From Octopus sinensis (taxonomy: Eukaryota), in the NCBI RefSeq assembly GCF_006345805.1, contig NC_043000.1:54188001-54252000 (forward strand): a DNA stretch of 64,000 nt, given 5' to 3'. Under the pieces are notes generated by a model that made no database searches, was not told the DNA's origin, and saw only the letters and a program-made list of their open reading frames with translations. Position numbers and translations under genes: made by a program. The number at the start of each line of letters is the position of its first letter. The stretch's first letter is position 1. Shown one piece after another: positions 52,667 to 64,000 of this stretch.

Positions 52667-52920
52667 AGGCACATGGCTTAGTGGGTAGGGTGTTGAACTC
52701 ATGATCATAAGGTTGTGGTTTCGATTCCTGGACCGGGCAACACTTTGTGTTCTTGAGCAAAACACTTCATTTCATGTTACTCCAGTCTACTCAGCTGGCA
52801 AAAATGAGTAATCCTGCGACGGACCGGCGTCCTATCCAAGTGGGGAATTTCTATGCCACTGAAACCGGGAAACCGGCCGTTATGAGCCTGGCATGGTTCG
52901 AGAAGGAACATTTTCGTCGG
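52667..52920 (+). mobile_element. tRNA-derived SINE family C
   Basis: A box TGGCTTAGTGG, B box GGTTTCGATTCC, body GTGTTCTTGAGCAAAACACTTCATTTC...GAAACCGGGAAACCGGCC. Confidence 0.8.
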
Positions 52921-55849
52921 TGCCTAAGCCGTAATATTCCAAAGTGTTTAAACTCAGGCAATAAACAAGCTCAAGTGATCATTTGATAATTATATGGTTG
53001 GATGGGATGACTGATTAAAATGGCCAAAATTTTTTCTTGGATATTTTATTTTCAGTTATTATTGGATAAAATGTTTTCGCACTATACTATCTATGCATGT
53101 ACATGTATGTATGAATGTATGCATCTATGCATATAAGAAGCTACGTCTATGTGTATATAACTGTATATTTGTGGGTGTATATATACATACATTTATATAT
53201 GTTTTTGTGTGTGTGTGTACATCTCTATATGTATGACGCACGCTTCAGACACATACTCAAGATGTTAATGACATAACTTTCACAGAGAGAATACATTGTG
53301 ATATGTTGTTATGCTGCTATTCTAAGACAAATTTGGGTAAGTTCACTTGTGCATATGCAATATAAAATTGTAAAAAAAGACCAAACAGAAAGCATTTTTA
53401 TGTAATTAGGCACGTATGTGTGTTTGTGTGTATGTATAAATATATATATATGCGTAATTACATTTATGTGGGTGTATGTGAATATGTGCGTTGTGTATGT
53501 GTGTATGTGTGCGTGTGTTTATGCATGTACATACAATAAATTTCTTCAATGAATAAATTTTACTCCTTTACATATCATAGAATCCTTCCCTGATTGAATA
53601 AGCAATATCAAGATATTAAGTATAGAAATATTTTGAATGCAGATGTCGAAAGAAAAATTATTAGGAAGAATTCAGGCACCTTGGATATCTAAGCCTGTAA
53701 TTAAGTTAGCACGTCACTTCCACTGCTAACAATCGACATCACCTTTTTCCTTTGATGTTACTCCTTCTTTATAATTATGTAATGTTCTCAATTAAAGTAT
53801 TTGTATTATATAGCATCGGAATATCACATACTTTGATTTTTCCATTTTGTCAGAAGCTGAGGCCATCGTAATTTGGAGTAACGTCTCTCGGAAGTAAGTA
53901 TAGAAATAATGTGGTGGCTTATTTCACTGTCTTCATTTTGGGCTACATAAATTTTCATACATCATTCATATTGTAGTTGGGAATTCCTGTTACATATGCC
54001 AGAGTAATTTATAATAATTTAATGTACCCTTTTTGCCAATGTTATTAGCCTTAATCTGAAGCAAGAGGCCTCAGATACATATCATACGTTGATATCAAAG
54101 CAAGTTTGTAACTTAAAAATACATGAGACTAGCTGGTAACAAAACAAGTGAATACGATATAAAAGTTTTTTTAGTATAATACTGTCTATTATTAAGGGGC
54201 TTTCACAATAAAGAATATGCGCAAATCTGGTTGTTATTTGAAAATATGCCTATCTATAACACATCAATGGCGAATCAAAAGGATGAGTTAATATGATATT
54301 TAATAAAGAATACATTTTCCAAATAATGTATAGATAGGTATCACAAGTAATAAAAGAGAAAGTAAAGAACAAAAGCTTTGTGGTGAAACAGTTCCAAAGA
54401 ATTTATTTGGTGTTAATATGATATTAAAAGACAGATAAAATTCTGTGAAACAAAATATGTTAAATTTTCACTAGTATAAACACAGATTTTACGATAACAA
54501 TTATAATGATGTTGATAAAAGCAACAGTAATATATTCATGTTTTGTTTATGAGATGAAGCAAGTTCAAAATACCAGACAGGGGATTGCTACAATTTCACA
54601 AATATATTCAACACTTAATGCGGAAGGAAAGGGTTTGTCCTATTTCTTTATTCAGTAGAACTAAAATAAAAGAATGAAAGAAGATACCAACGCGTGGTAA
54701 TAATGATCTAAATTTTGGCTGTGTCCATTGGTTTAAATTTCATTAAAATGCTTACATCTAAAGCATAATAAAGTAATAATAACTATTCCAAACAATAATG
54801 TTAGATTCTATAGCATTTTTAGGTATTCTATATAGTTTCATGTATACTATATCGCAGCGTTTAAAATTACTATCAAAACCACTAATCTTTGAAAAAGTAA
54901 ACGATCCAGCAGGAAAGCCTGTACATGATTCACCAAAAATAGCAAATCTACTTCAAAGCGCAATCTTAAAAAATTAATTGGATAATATCATTCTAGATAT
55001 ATTGGTGGCACATAATATAAGATTGCTTTTGGCCATTGGTCTGATTAATCAGGAATGAACGGAATTTTGAACTAGTTTAATGCAATGATTTCGAATAATA
55101 GAGGGTAAATATATTAGGAAACTCATATTTCTTATTTCATAGACTGACAAAAACAAATTACAATAAGCAATAGATGAGTAAACTGCTACTAGTCTGTATT
55201 GCCAAAAATATTTCAACGATCTTCATGAGCATGAACAGTTTCGTATATCAAGAAAAGAAAAAAATAACAAAAAAAACTATATAACCGTTGAAAAAATACA
55301 TGAGTGTAGTCATTAGTTTAGGACAGGAGAGAGTTCATACAATATGAGCTATAAGAAGTTGACAAATAGGCAGCTTGGAAGTATTTTTTAATGATTAGAC
55401 TGAATGCATACATTCTTTTTTTTCTTTGATTAGCAAATAGGTACCTTTGTCTGCCGAAAAGGAGCATTGAGTTCATTGCATAAACATAGAACACAAGAAA
55501 ACGTTCCAAGTGTACACACGTATTCGTGTTAACATTCATCTTTTAAATTCAAAAGATTAATTAAGGCTAACGATATGCATAGGTAGATGTGTACTTCAAT
55601 GTGTGTACACGAGGCATGATAACAAAATAAATCATACTACCATACCAGACACAGGAATGGTTGTGTGATTAAGAACTCAGATTTGCAAATCCATGGTCTC
55701 CAAGTCCGTTTCAAGGCGCGACATCTGATAAACTTTCAGCTAATCATTGCTTTTCCAGAGAAAATTATAGAAAAAACTCTGTGTAAGCTATTCGTGCGCG
55801 TGTATATTTTTGAAAATTCTTAATTTTTTTTAGAGTCGGATTGGACCAA

Positions 55850-57290
55850 TGGAATTCCTAAACCCCTAAACAATATATGGATGTTCATTCTTGCTGTTTT
55901 CGTTATTATTCGTATAATTTAGGTAATGATTAACAAAATTAGAAAAATACTGTTTTCATTCATACGGAAGAAAGAAACATTTCTTTCTATTCTGGTATTT
56001 CTAGTAATTTATATTACTCGGCTTTAGTTTAATTCCTCCGATTTTCCATTTATTAATACTGATTATGTTAACAATTAAGTAATAATTATCATCATTTTTA
56101 CCGTAGGTTATGAAACGTAGTATTTCTTTCAGACACAAGTCTTGTATTTTTATATGCTTATTTAACCTGTCAGTATTACTTTGTGTTATTGAGGTATAGG
56201 AGGAAATAAATTGTTATACTTATTAGGAGTCTGAGAACGTTTTATGCATAATAGATTTTCATGTTTATAGTTAAGTTCATAAAATGCTCTTTCACTCAAA
56301 CCCACATTATGTGAAAGCTTTGTTATAATAATCGGTATTTTCATTAGATATCTGTTCATTAGCAGGTAGTTTGATGATCCTGATGAAATATTCCTAATAG
56401 AATTATTAATAATTGTGATAGGGTGGTCAGAATGTTTGTGAGTCTAGTGTATGTTTTCGGTAGTCAAAATTGCGTTGGAATTTAATGTGATATCTAGTAA
56501 ATTAACTCTTTCGGTGCTATTGTCAAAAGTAATCAAATGATCGAAGCTAGTTTCGATTTAGATTATGCAATCCCTTATGAAGCCTTTCCAAAGTCGAATG
56601 GCTATAGTTTAGAAAAGAAGACAGAGCATCATTCCTCTATAGACTACAACCAATTTCACTAAATTCGCTCTTCATTTGATGTAACAAATATAATCCGACC
56701 AAACCAGGAACTTCAGCTGAGTCAGAAGGATTCTATCAGAATACTGAATCGATCAGTTCTAGCTTTTGGGGGCCAAAGATCCCCTTTGAAAAGTATCAAA
56801 CTCCTTGTAGCAACCAATATATTATATTTACTTTTTCTTGAATTATACTGCAATTTTTCAGCCAAGATCAAAGCTATGTACAATACAATACGAGGTATTG
56901 ACGAATAAGTTTTCTGTATCGAATTGGAGGAACAATATTTTCTATTTATTTTCCAATCTCGTGTATCAGTCCAAAACCTTGTCAGTATTATAGTATAATT
57001 TGAGCTGGATTTTTTCTTTTATCTCTGAGATAATTCTATCCGAAATATGTTTACTAATCCTTCCCACGTTTCATTGGGAAATATATATCATTCCTATTGT
57101 AGGGCGTATATCAAAGCTATCAATAAGGTTCTTAAAATTGTATTTGGGTTGATTAGGTGTAAATCGTTCCTTTCTATCGGCTACTGTTAGTATATTTATA
57201 ACGTTGTACCTTAGGTTATTAATCGTTTCAGGTGATATTTTATTAATTTTATAGCAGTTCTCTGGTAAAAAAAGAAAAGAATTCAAAATA
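55850..57290 (-). pseudogene. Penelope-like element reverse transcriptase remnant
   Basis: Manual translation NVGRISKHISDRII..IKEK...NTDKVLD...LFLQFDTENL, DSAEVPGLVGLYLL, a decayed LYRDDAL-like block, VNLLDITLN and HSDHP. Parallels the PLE RT blocks IG.ISK.ILD / QW.NT / FDI..FY / DGAE.CELVG / YRDD / FLD / SNHP. Confidence 0.72.
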
Positions 57291-57672
57291 AACAGTACAT
57301 CTCAAAAGCCAGCAGATTAAGCGTTATGTCCGATTAAGGATTACGATAGCTTAAAGATTTTGATAATTACTACTACATAGATCAACCTCGTAGCACTTCT
57401 AATACCACTTCCCAAGCACTGAACCGTAAACAGCAACTGAGTAATAAAGCTACAAGAAATAACAAAAAACAATAATACTTTTCGGAAACCATGGTACTGG
57501 TTCTAAGAGGATTCCCCTCCCCCCTCTCCCTCCTCCTCTCTCAATCTCTCTCTTTAGTTCTCCTAAAAAAACATCATATACAGAATTATTAGCTGAGGCC
57601 ACCATCATGTCTCTTGCTGATCAGATATTTAACAATTTCTGATCCTGAACAGCATTCTAGGTGCCTAATATA

Positions 57673-57717
<45 letters not shown>

Positions 57718-57766
57718 TTATATAGAGACAGTCAGACAGGCAGGTAGATAGATAGATAGATAGATA

Positions 57767-57829
<63 letters not shown>

Positions 57830-58454
57830 GTATGTAGCCCTTAAAACGGTTTTTCTTTATTTACAAAAAATACCAAACTGTCTTACACAGGATCTTGTTT
57901 TTACAAACTTCCGATAATTTATGAATACCCAAAATGTGAAGTCAGTTATGCAATAACAAGAAATTAGTTAACCATTAATCAGAATTCAAATAAAATAAAC
58001 CCCAAAATGGCTTTAGTTAACTCCTGGTGTATATAGAGCATTGGAGGAAATACTAATAACGTATGTATACTAAAATCGTGGGCTCTAGGATTGGTATATT
58101 AGTAGATAAATCACTAACAGAAATAAGTGGATCTCTTGTTTAGGAAAATACCATTTACTTGTTTAAGGGTTGTACTGGATAAATTGCTAAAATAACTGTA
58201 ACAGTTCAAATACTAAGAAATAAGCATACTCAATTTCATTTTCACCAAATACTTTAGGAAAATGAATGTGTTATTTCCATTGGCTATATATAAGGATCCC
58301 TTCCGTTATCGACTTTTTCAACAACCAGACTATTCAACAAAATACAATTCTGTATTTTTATTAGATAATATTATGATCCAATTTTAAATTCCATCCAGAT
58401 CAACTTTATGTTACTTTTACAAGATAAATACAAATCAAAAACTGGGGTAAAGAA

Positions 58455-58690
58455 AGGCACGTAGCGTCATGGTTAGAGCGCTGTAGTCACAATCACAAGA
58501 TCCTGGTTTTGATTTCCGGACCAGGCAGCGCATTGTGTACTCAAGCAAAGCACTTCTGTTCGCTCTAGTCTACTCGCCCATAAAGTAGTAACCCTACAAT
58601 AAACTGGTATTTTGTTCAGGGAGACTATAGTGATCATTACATGCCATGGAAACTAGGTCACCGGCCCTATGAGTTCAAGAACTGAAGGCA
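58455..58690 (+). mobile_element. SINE family C, old copy
   Basis: GGCACGTAGCGTCATGGTTAGAGCG...GGTTTTGATTTCCGGACC...CATGCCATGGAAACTAGG.ACCGGCCCTATGAG parallels 52667-52920. Confidence 0.7.
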
Positions 58691-59768
58691 ATACTTACAA
58701 AACTTTTACTAGGTTACAGATGTAGGTGTGATTAAATCAAATTCGCCTCATCTTAATTAATTTCTGACTACGCACTGAAGCTAGAATGCATCTTTAATCA
58801 AATGCTTGCATGTAAATTTCGAAGGTCCCACACAGATAACTAACAAAGAACCCTCTAGTGGTTTTGAAATTGGAAACATTCTTCATGATGTTTGCCAACA
58901 GAAATTTGTTTGGATCCAAACTAGCTATAACTGGGAGTTAGCATTGATTTATTGTACGACAAATCAAACTGGAAATAACTTAAGGCATACATCACTAAAA
59001 TCAACCAAAGTTAAAGACAACATTTTAGATTGGAATCATCGGCTTGTAATTTTAACAGATTCCAACCAAAGAAATTCCTTATCAGGCTGATTTTCTGTAA
59101 ATTGTCACTCAGGTTAAAGCAAATTGTGAGAGTATTAGCTTGCTGAAGATGACTCAGTGACAAACAAATATAAAATACAGCTGTGATAGCATCAAATTTC
59201 TGAAGTATTTTATTATTTTTTTGAAGAAAATTACCAGCAATTGATGTGTGGTAAAAATCAATGAAAACAAGATTGTATTCCTCCAAATAGGATGGAGTGC
59301 GATAAGTTTTCTTTCGTATTATTTTATTATTTTCTTAATATATTTTCATTGGAAATTAAAATTGCTTCAGCTGCTTTTAGATTTAAATATTTGCATCTAA
59401 ATAAAGTAACAGATTAAAGCAACATAATCTTATGTATCATTTAATGAACATACATCACATTTCCATCTCCAAATGGACATAGGAATTTCTTTTTCAGATA
59501 AAAAAATATATATTTAAAATATCTTAATGAGCGCGTAGGAAATAGAAATAAAATCTTTCTATTTCAAATCAAGTTACGAAATGGAAAAGTTATCATCCTT
59601 TTATGGTTTATTCAATGTTATATAGGATATATAAAGAATATGTAGCAGCTGATTTATATATACGTATATACATACATGTATGTGTGTGTGTTTTATATAT
59701 ATATATATATATATATTATATATGTTTGTTGTATAAATATATATACATTTGTATATATCTGTATATAT

Positions 59769-59803
<35 letters not shown>

Positions 59804-60149
59804 GCACATGTTATATATATATATATTATATATATATATATATATATACATGTACATATTTGGGATAGAATATTAACTGGCTTGGCATAGTTAAAGGGAG
59901 ATTTTTACTATTTCCACATTTTTTCATTGAAATCATGGTGAATAGAAGAAAAGAATCTATAATAAAAGCTCTCGAATGTATATCCACTCTCTCGAAGACA
60001 TGTACAGTTAGATTGTGGCAAAGTATGGGTACTACAATGAAAAGCTACCGTAATTTTCATCATGAAACATAAGTTGAAACAGTTGAGTTAATCATCTAAT
60101 ATTTGTCATATGAAGATCATCTAAGTTTATGTATTTGCACTAATATACT

Positions 60150-60480
60150 GAGACGCCCTTCGGTCATAAATTTCCATGGGATTGCTCCTATAAAGTTACA
60201 CTCCGAGGCACAAATCTGGGCAGGGTAGTTAATGGAAAGCCAGTAGTCGCCCATGCATACCAGCCTCCTCTTTCCATGCCACTGACGTTATCCAAGGGAA
60301 AGGCAAAGGCCGATACAGCTTGGCTCCAGTGACGTCGCAACACATTTCTACAGCTAAGGGAACTGAATCAACGTGAAATAAGGTTTCTTGTTCAAGAACA
60401 CAACATGCAGCCCGGTCCCGGAATCGTACTCACAACCTCCCGATCGTAAGCTCGACGCTCTGACCACTGAGCCATATGCC
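60150..60480 (-). mobile_element. tRNA-derived SINE family D
   Basis: Minus-strand head GGCATATGGCTCAGTGGTCAGAGCG...GAGTACGATTCCGGG, then a distinct 3' body (GCGACGTCACTGGAGCCAAGCTGTATCGGCC...). Confidence 0.8.
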
Positions 60481-60916
60481 TTCACAATATGGTATTACAT
60501 ACATTTATGTATACATGTATATAATATAATGGAGTTTGTGTGTGTGAGTGTGTACTGGTGTGTGCGTGTCCGTGTGCACGCACGTATGTTCCTTATGCAT
60601 TCGAAAACTGAGATGCCGATTTTCACGTATGAGGTATAAAAAGTAATCTTTCGGCTACCAAATAAACTTTATTCTCATTTACATATTTTCTACGTTATAC
60701 CAAAAAAACAGTTTTAGTTATTTGAAAGACACTGCTCTATAACGACCAGGATTCATTAGAAGGTAAAAATAGTTTCACACTTTCAATTCGAACCAAAATA
60801 TCAAACTGTTGCATTGTTTGAGCGACCATGTGTGAATAATGTATGTAGTGTTTCTCCGAAATAAGCACATCTGTACTATAATAAAGAAAGCTTCTTATCA
60901 CCAATCTATATATTTA

Positions 60917-62562
60917 TCTCTTATTATAAAAGGCAAATTTTATCTGCCTCCCTTTGTCTCTTATAGAAATCTACAATATAGGATTTCTTCAATTACAATT
61001 TACCTAGCATTTTTAAGAGTAGAATGCATCGGGTTTTGCCAGGTCCACTTTTTAAAATTTCAACCCCAATTAAGCAAAATTTAGAGAAAACTCACATTGT
61101 GGTGTATGAGTCAAATGCTTCTCTTAGTGTGGTCTACAACACACGTACACGCACACACACAGTGGGCAAAGAATAAAGTGAAAGTAATTCACTGTGTGTG
61201 TGTTGACAGGTAGACAATAGAATGCGATGGCGATGGCGATGTAATATTTGTTTCTGTCTATGACGCTGATAGATACATGAGTAAAATGTATGGGAAGCTA
61301 AGAGATAAGAGTGAGTGAAAATGTTCTTGGAAGAGAGTAAATAGCGAGAGAGTGATTTGAGGAAGACTTTACATTAAATAACCGTAGTGGCTTGTCAAAT
61401 GAAGAGGAGTGAAAGGGTACTGGAAGAAATAGGGTGAGTGAGGAAGATGGCCCCTAGCAACCACACCTTTTAAGATAGGGATTTCTAAATTAGCCCACGA
61501 GTATCGTCACCTCATTCTACATGTCCCTGTAAATTTTGGAGCGAATCAGACGGGATAAAGTAATCTCTAAGAAACAGAAAGATCGCCCAAAAGTGTATAT
61601 AGATATTTAAATGTATTTATATATTCATCTATACACACATGTATGTATAATGCGCGTGTATATATTTCCATAGAGGTAACCATTCAATCCATACAAAGTT
61701 TTTTAGGACGAAAATATTTATATATAAAAGAAAGGATGTGTGTCTGTCTACTCCGATTTAGATTCCATAACTACTCCCACATTTTGCGATGCAGTTTAAC
61801 CAAAACCGGGTATCTTATAGTCGTGATTCATATCGAGCCCTTCTGGGTATTAGCGCGCGTCTACGATGAGTCTATGATTTTACAAATAATTTACCATCAT
61901 TTGTTTTCATTTTAATGCATATTTTTTTTAATAAAGGGAAGTAACTCTCAAACTTCACACCAATATGCGTGCTCATATGCGACGTAATATCACATCAGCA
62001 GCATTTCCTCACACCCTCCTTGCACTTGGCGAAGGCAAAATACCAGGGGATGAAAATGGTAATATTGCCATCGATTCCATTTGTAACATTGTTAAGACGC
62101 CTTCTGATCTCAGAGATGCAGTGTTCCCAGATCTACAAGCTAATTATCAGAATATGGATTGGATTGGCAAAAAGGCTATACTGGCCCCGAAGAATAAAAC
62201 TGTTCACCATATTAATGATGAAATGCTAAAACTCATTCCTGGGGAAGTCTATGTATATCAGTCTATCGATACAACTCCTGACCCAGAGGACGTCATCAAC
62301 TATCCAATAAAGGTACTCAATTCCTTTGAGCACCCCGGACTACCACCACACTTTCTCAAACTTAAAGTTGGTGCCCCTATAATGCTCATCAGAAATTTGG
62401 TTTCCCCAAAACAATGCAATGGCACACGTTTGATCGTTAAGTCCTTATCTCCCACCGTAAACTTATATCAATATTTGCCTGAATAATCATCATAATTCAG
62501 TGCAATCATTAACAGTACTTTCAAGCAATTCAGCCCCGAGCAACGCCGGGCAATTCTGCTAG
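60917..62562 (+). mobile_element. Non-autonomous Helitron
   Basis: 5' A|TCTCTTATTATAAAAGG (alternative start at 60905). 3' hairpin CCCGAGCAACGCCGGG (62535-62550) and CTAG|T ending at 62562. Internal helicase fragment. Confidence 0.8.
61965..62486 (+). pseudogene. Helitron PIF1-family helicase fragment
   Basis: LLALGEG, AILAPKNKTVHHIN, YQSID, LNSFEHPGLPPHFLKLKVGAPIMLIRNL, CNGTRLIV. Confidence 0.93.
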
Positions 62563-63609
62563 TATAATATAAACGCTATCAAATAAAAAATGTTTTTGTT
62601 ACAAAAACTCTTTCTTACAACTAAAATAACCTCGGAAACGAGGTCTGGTCGCACAATTTTCAGGTCATTTTCGAGCAATATTTCGATTTGCTTCTAATGC
62701 TTCACTTTCGTCCGATATTTCACACATACGTAGAATTCTACTCAAACATTTATGAAAATATACACATAAATATTGTTTCAAAATAAGCCACTACCAATAC
62801 AATTTCATTAAAAGACATCCATTTCTCCTTATGCTATGAGGGAATACACTCCCTCACTCACTCATTCTCACATGCACACGCACATACACACGCTCATACA
62901 CATGCACATACAAAAAACATCTATGCATCTGTATTTATGTACGTGTATATAAAAGATAATGTGTGTATGTGAGAGAGAGAGAAAGAGAGAGAGCCAGTGA
63001 GTGAGCACCACTGACACATACATGCAAAAAATACATACATGACAATAGACACCATCTCTCACTCTCTCTTTCTCTCACGCACACGCACACACACACGTTC
63101 ATTTCATATTCACGTATATACATCTTTCATTTTCTCTCTTTCACTTTCTGCTCTCACTTGAAAGTAAATGTCACCATTTCACTTTCTCCTCTCTTTCAAT
63201 TTCTGCTCTCTTCAAAGCATAAAGAAATTTTAAAAATCATGGAAATTAACGAACGATCATATGATCCCATATGATCGAGCATATGGTCGAGTTGACAACT
63301 TTCCCGCTTCAAACGAAAGAATGCCTTAAAATAACATCTTTTGGCACACACACACACATACTCTAGGTAAAACCTCTGTACGAATTATGTTATTTCTTGC
63401 TGAGTCCACGCGCAAAATTACAAATCCGATTGAAATTACCATTTTCTATTCTGTAATTTGTCTTTGTGATGAGGCGCATTTAAAAACCTGATCTTCGATA
63501 TAAACTTAAAGGGATTTTTTCCCAGAAATCCTGTCCTTTACCTGTTGTTTCTAGCATGTCCAATGGGATATTTCTGATGTAGGTGGCATAACAAATATTT
63601 TGAAAAATA

Positions 63610-63800
63610 CATGGTGTCATGGTTGTGTGGCAAGACGTTGGCTATTGAACCACATGGTTCTGATGATTTTGAGATCAAATTCACTGCATGGCACATTAAA
63701 CAAGTGTTTTTTAATTAAAGCCCTGGGCGTAGCTACGCCAGATGAGTAGATCTAATAGATGGAAACTGAAAGTCTGTACTGAGTATATATGTATGTATGT
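63610..63800 (+). mobile_element. Old SINE family A 5' part
   Basis: GGTTGTGTGGCAAG...AACCACATGGTTCTG...TTCACTGCATGGCACATTAAACAAGTG...GATGGAAACTGAAAG. Confidence 0.6.
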
Positions 63801-64000
63801 AAGTTTCTATATATGTATGTATGTTCGTATGTATGTATGTACATATGTATATATGTATACATGCATATACGTATGCATGTATGCATGCAGCCACACAAGA
63901 AATTTATATTTTCATGTGCATGTTTGTGTGTATTTCTACTTCATATATGTTATTGGTGGAATATTTACCAGTCTTACCATATTATTAGGATTTTGGGAAG

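Noticed and set aside
58806-59290. Possible APE endonuclease relic (LVILTDSN resembling 'LIILGDFN')
   Set aside because: Only one weak motif; too degenerate to call.

Overview
AT-rich eukaryotic non-coding DNA, dense in microsatellites [(TA)n, (CA)n, (GATA)n, (ATT)n] and repeats. The SINE families and microsatellite style suggest an Octopus/cephalopod genome (inference). No host protein-coding gene could be supported, and most ORFs in the track are microsatellite translations or antisense shadows. Best-supported content: (1) a full-length ~3.9 kb R4/Dong-clade non-LTR retrotransposon with RT and restriction-like endonuclease, inserted in a (TAA)n repeat and carrying only a few lesions (9809-13684, minus); (2) a 5'-inverted RTE/BovB-like LINE copy (38340-38993); (3) three Penelope-like coding remnants, plus hammerhead-ribozyme-like cores, two of them back-to-back in a 143-bp-arm palindrome nested in a ~1.5 kb fold-back (27120-28660); (4) several mariner/Tc1 relics, one with intact TIRs; (5) a 2.1 kb non-autonomous hAT element with an 8-bp TSD that splits a SINE; (6) a non-autonomous Helitron with a PIF1-helicase fragment; (7) many tRNA-derived SINEs from at least four families. 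All family assignments come from motif recognition by eye; no database searches were run.
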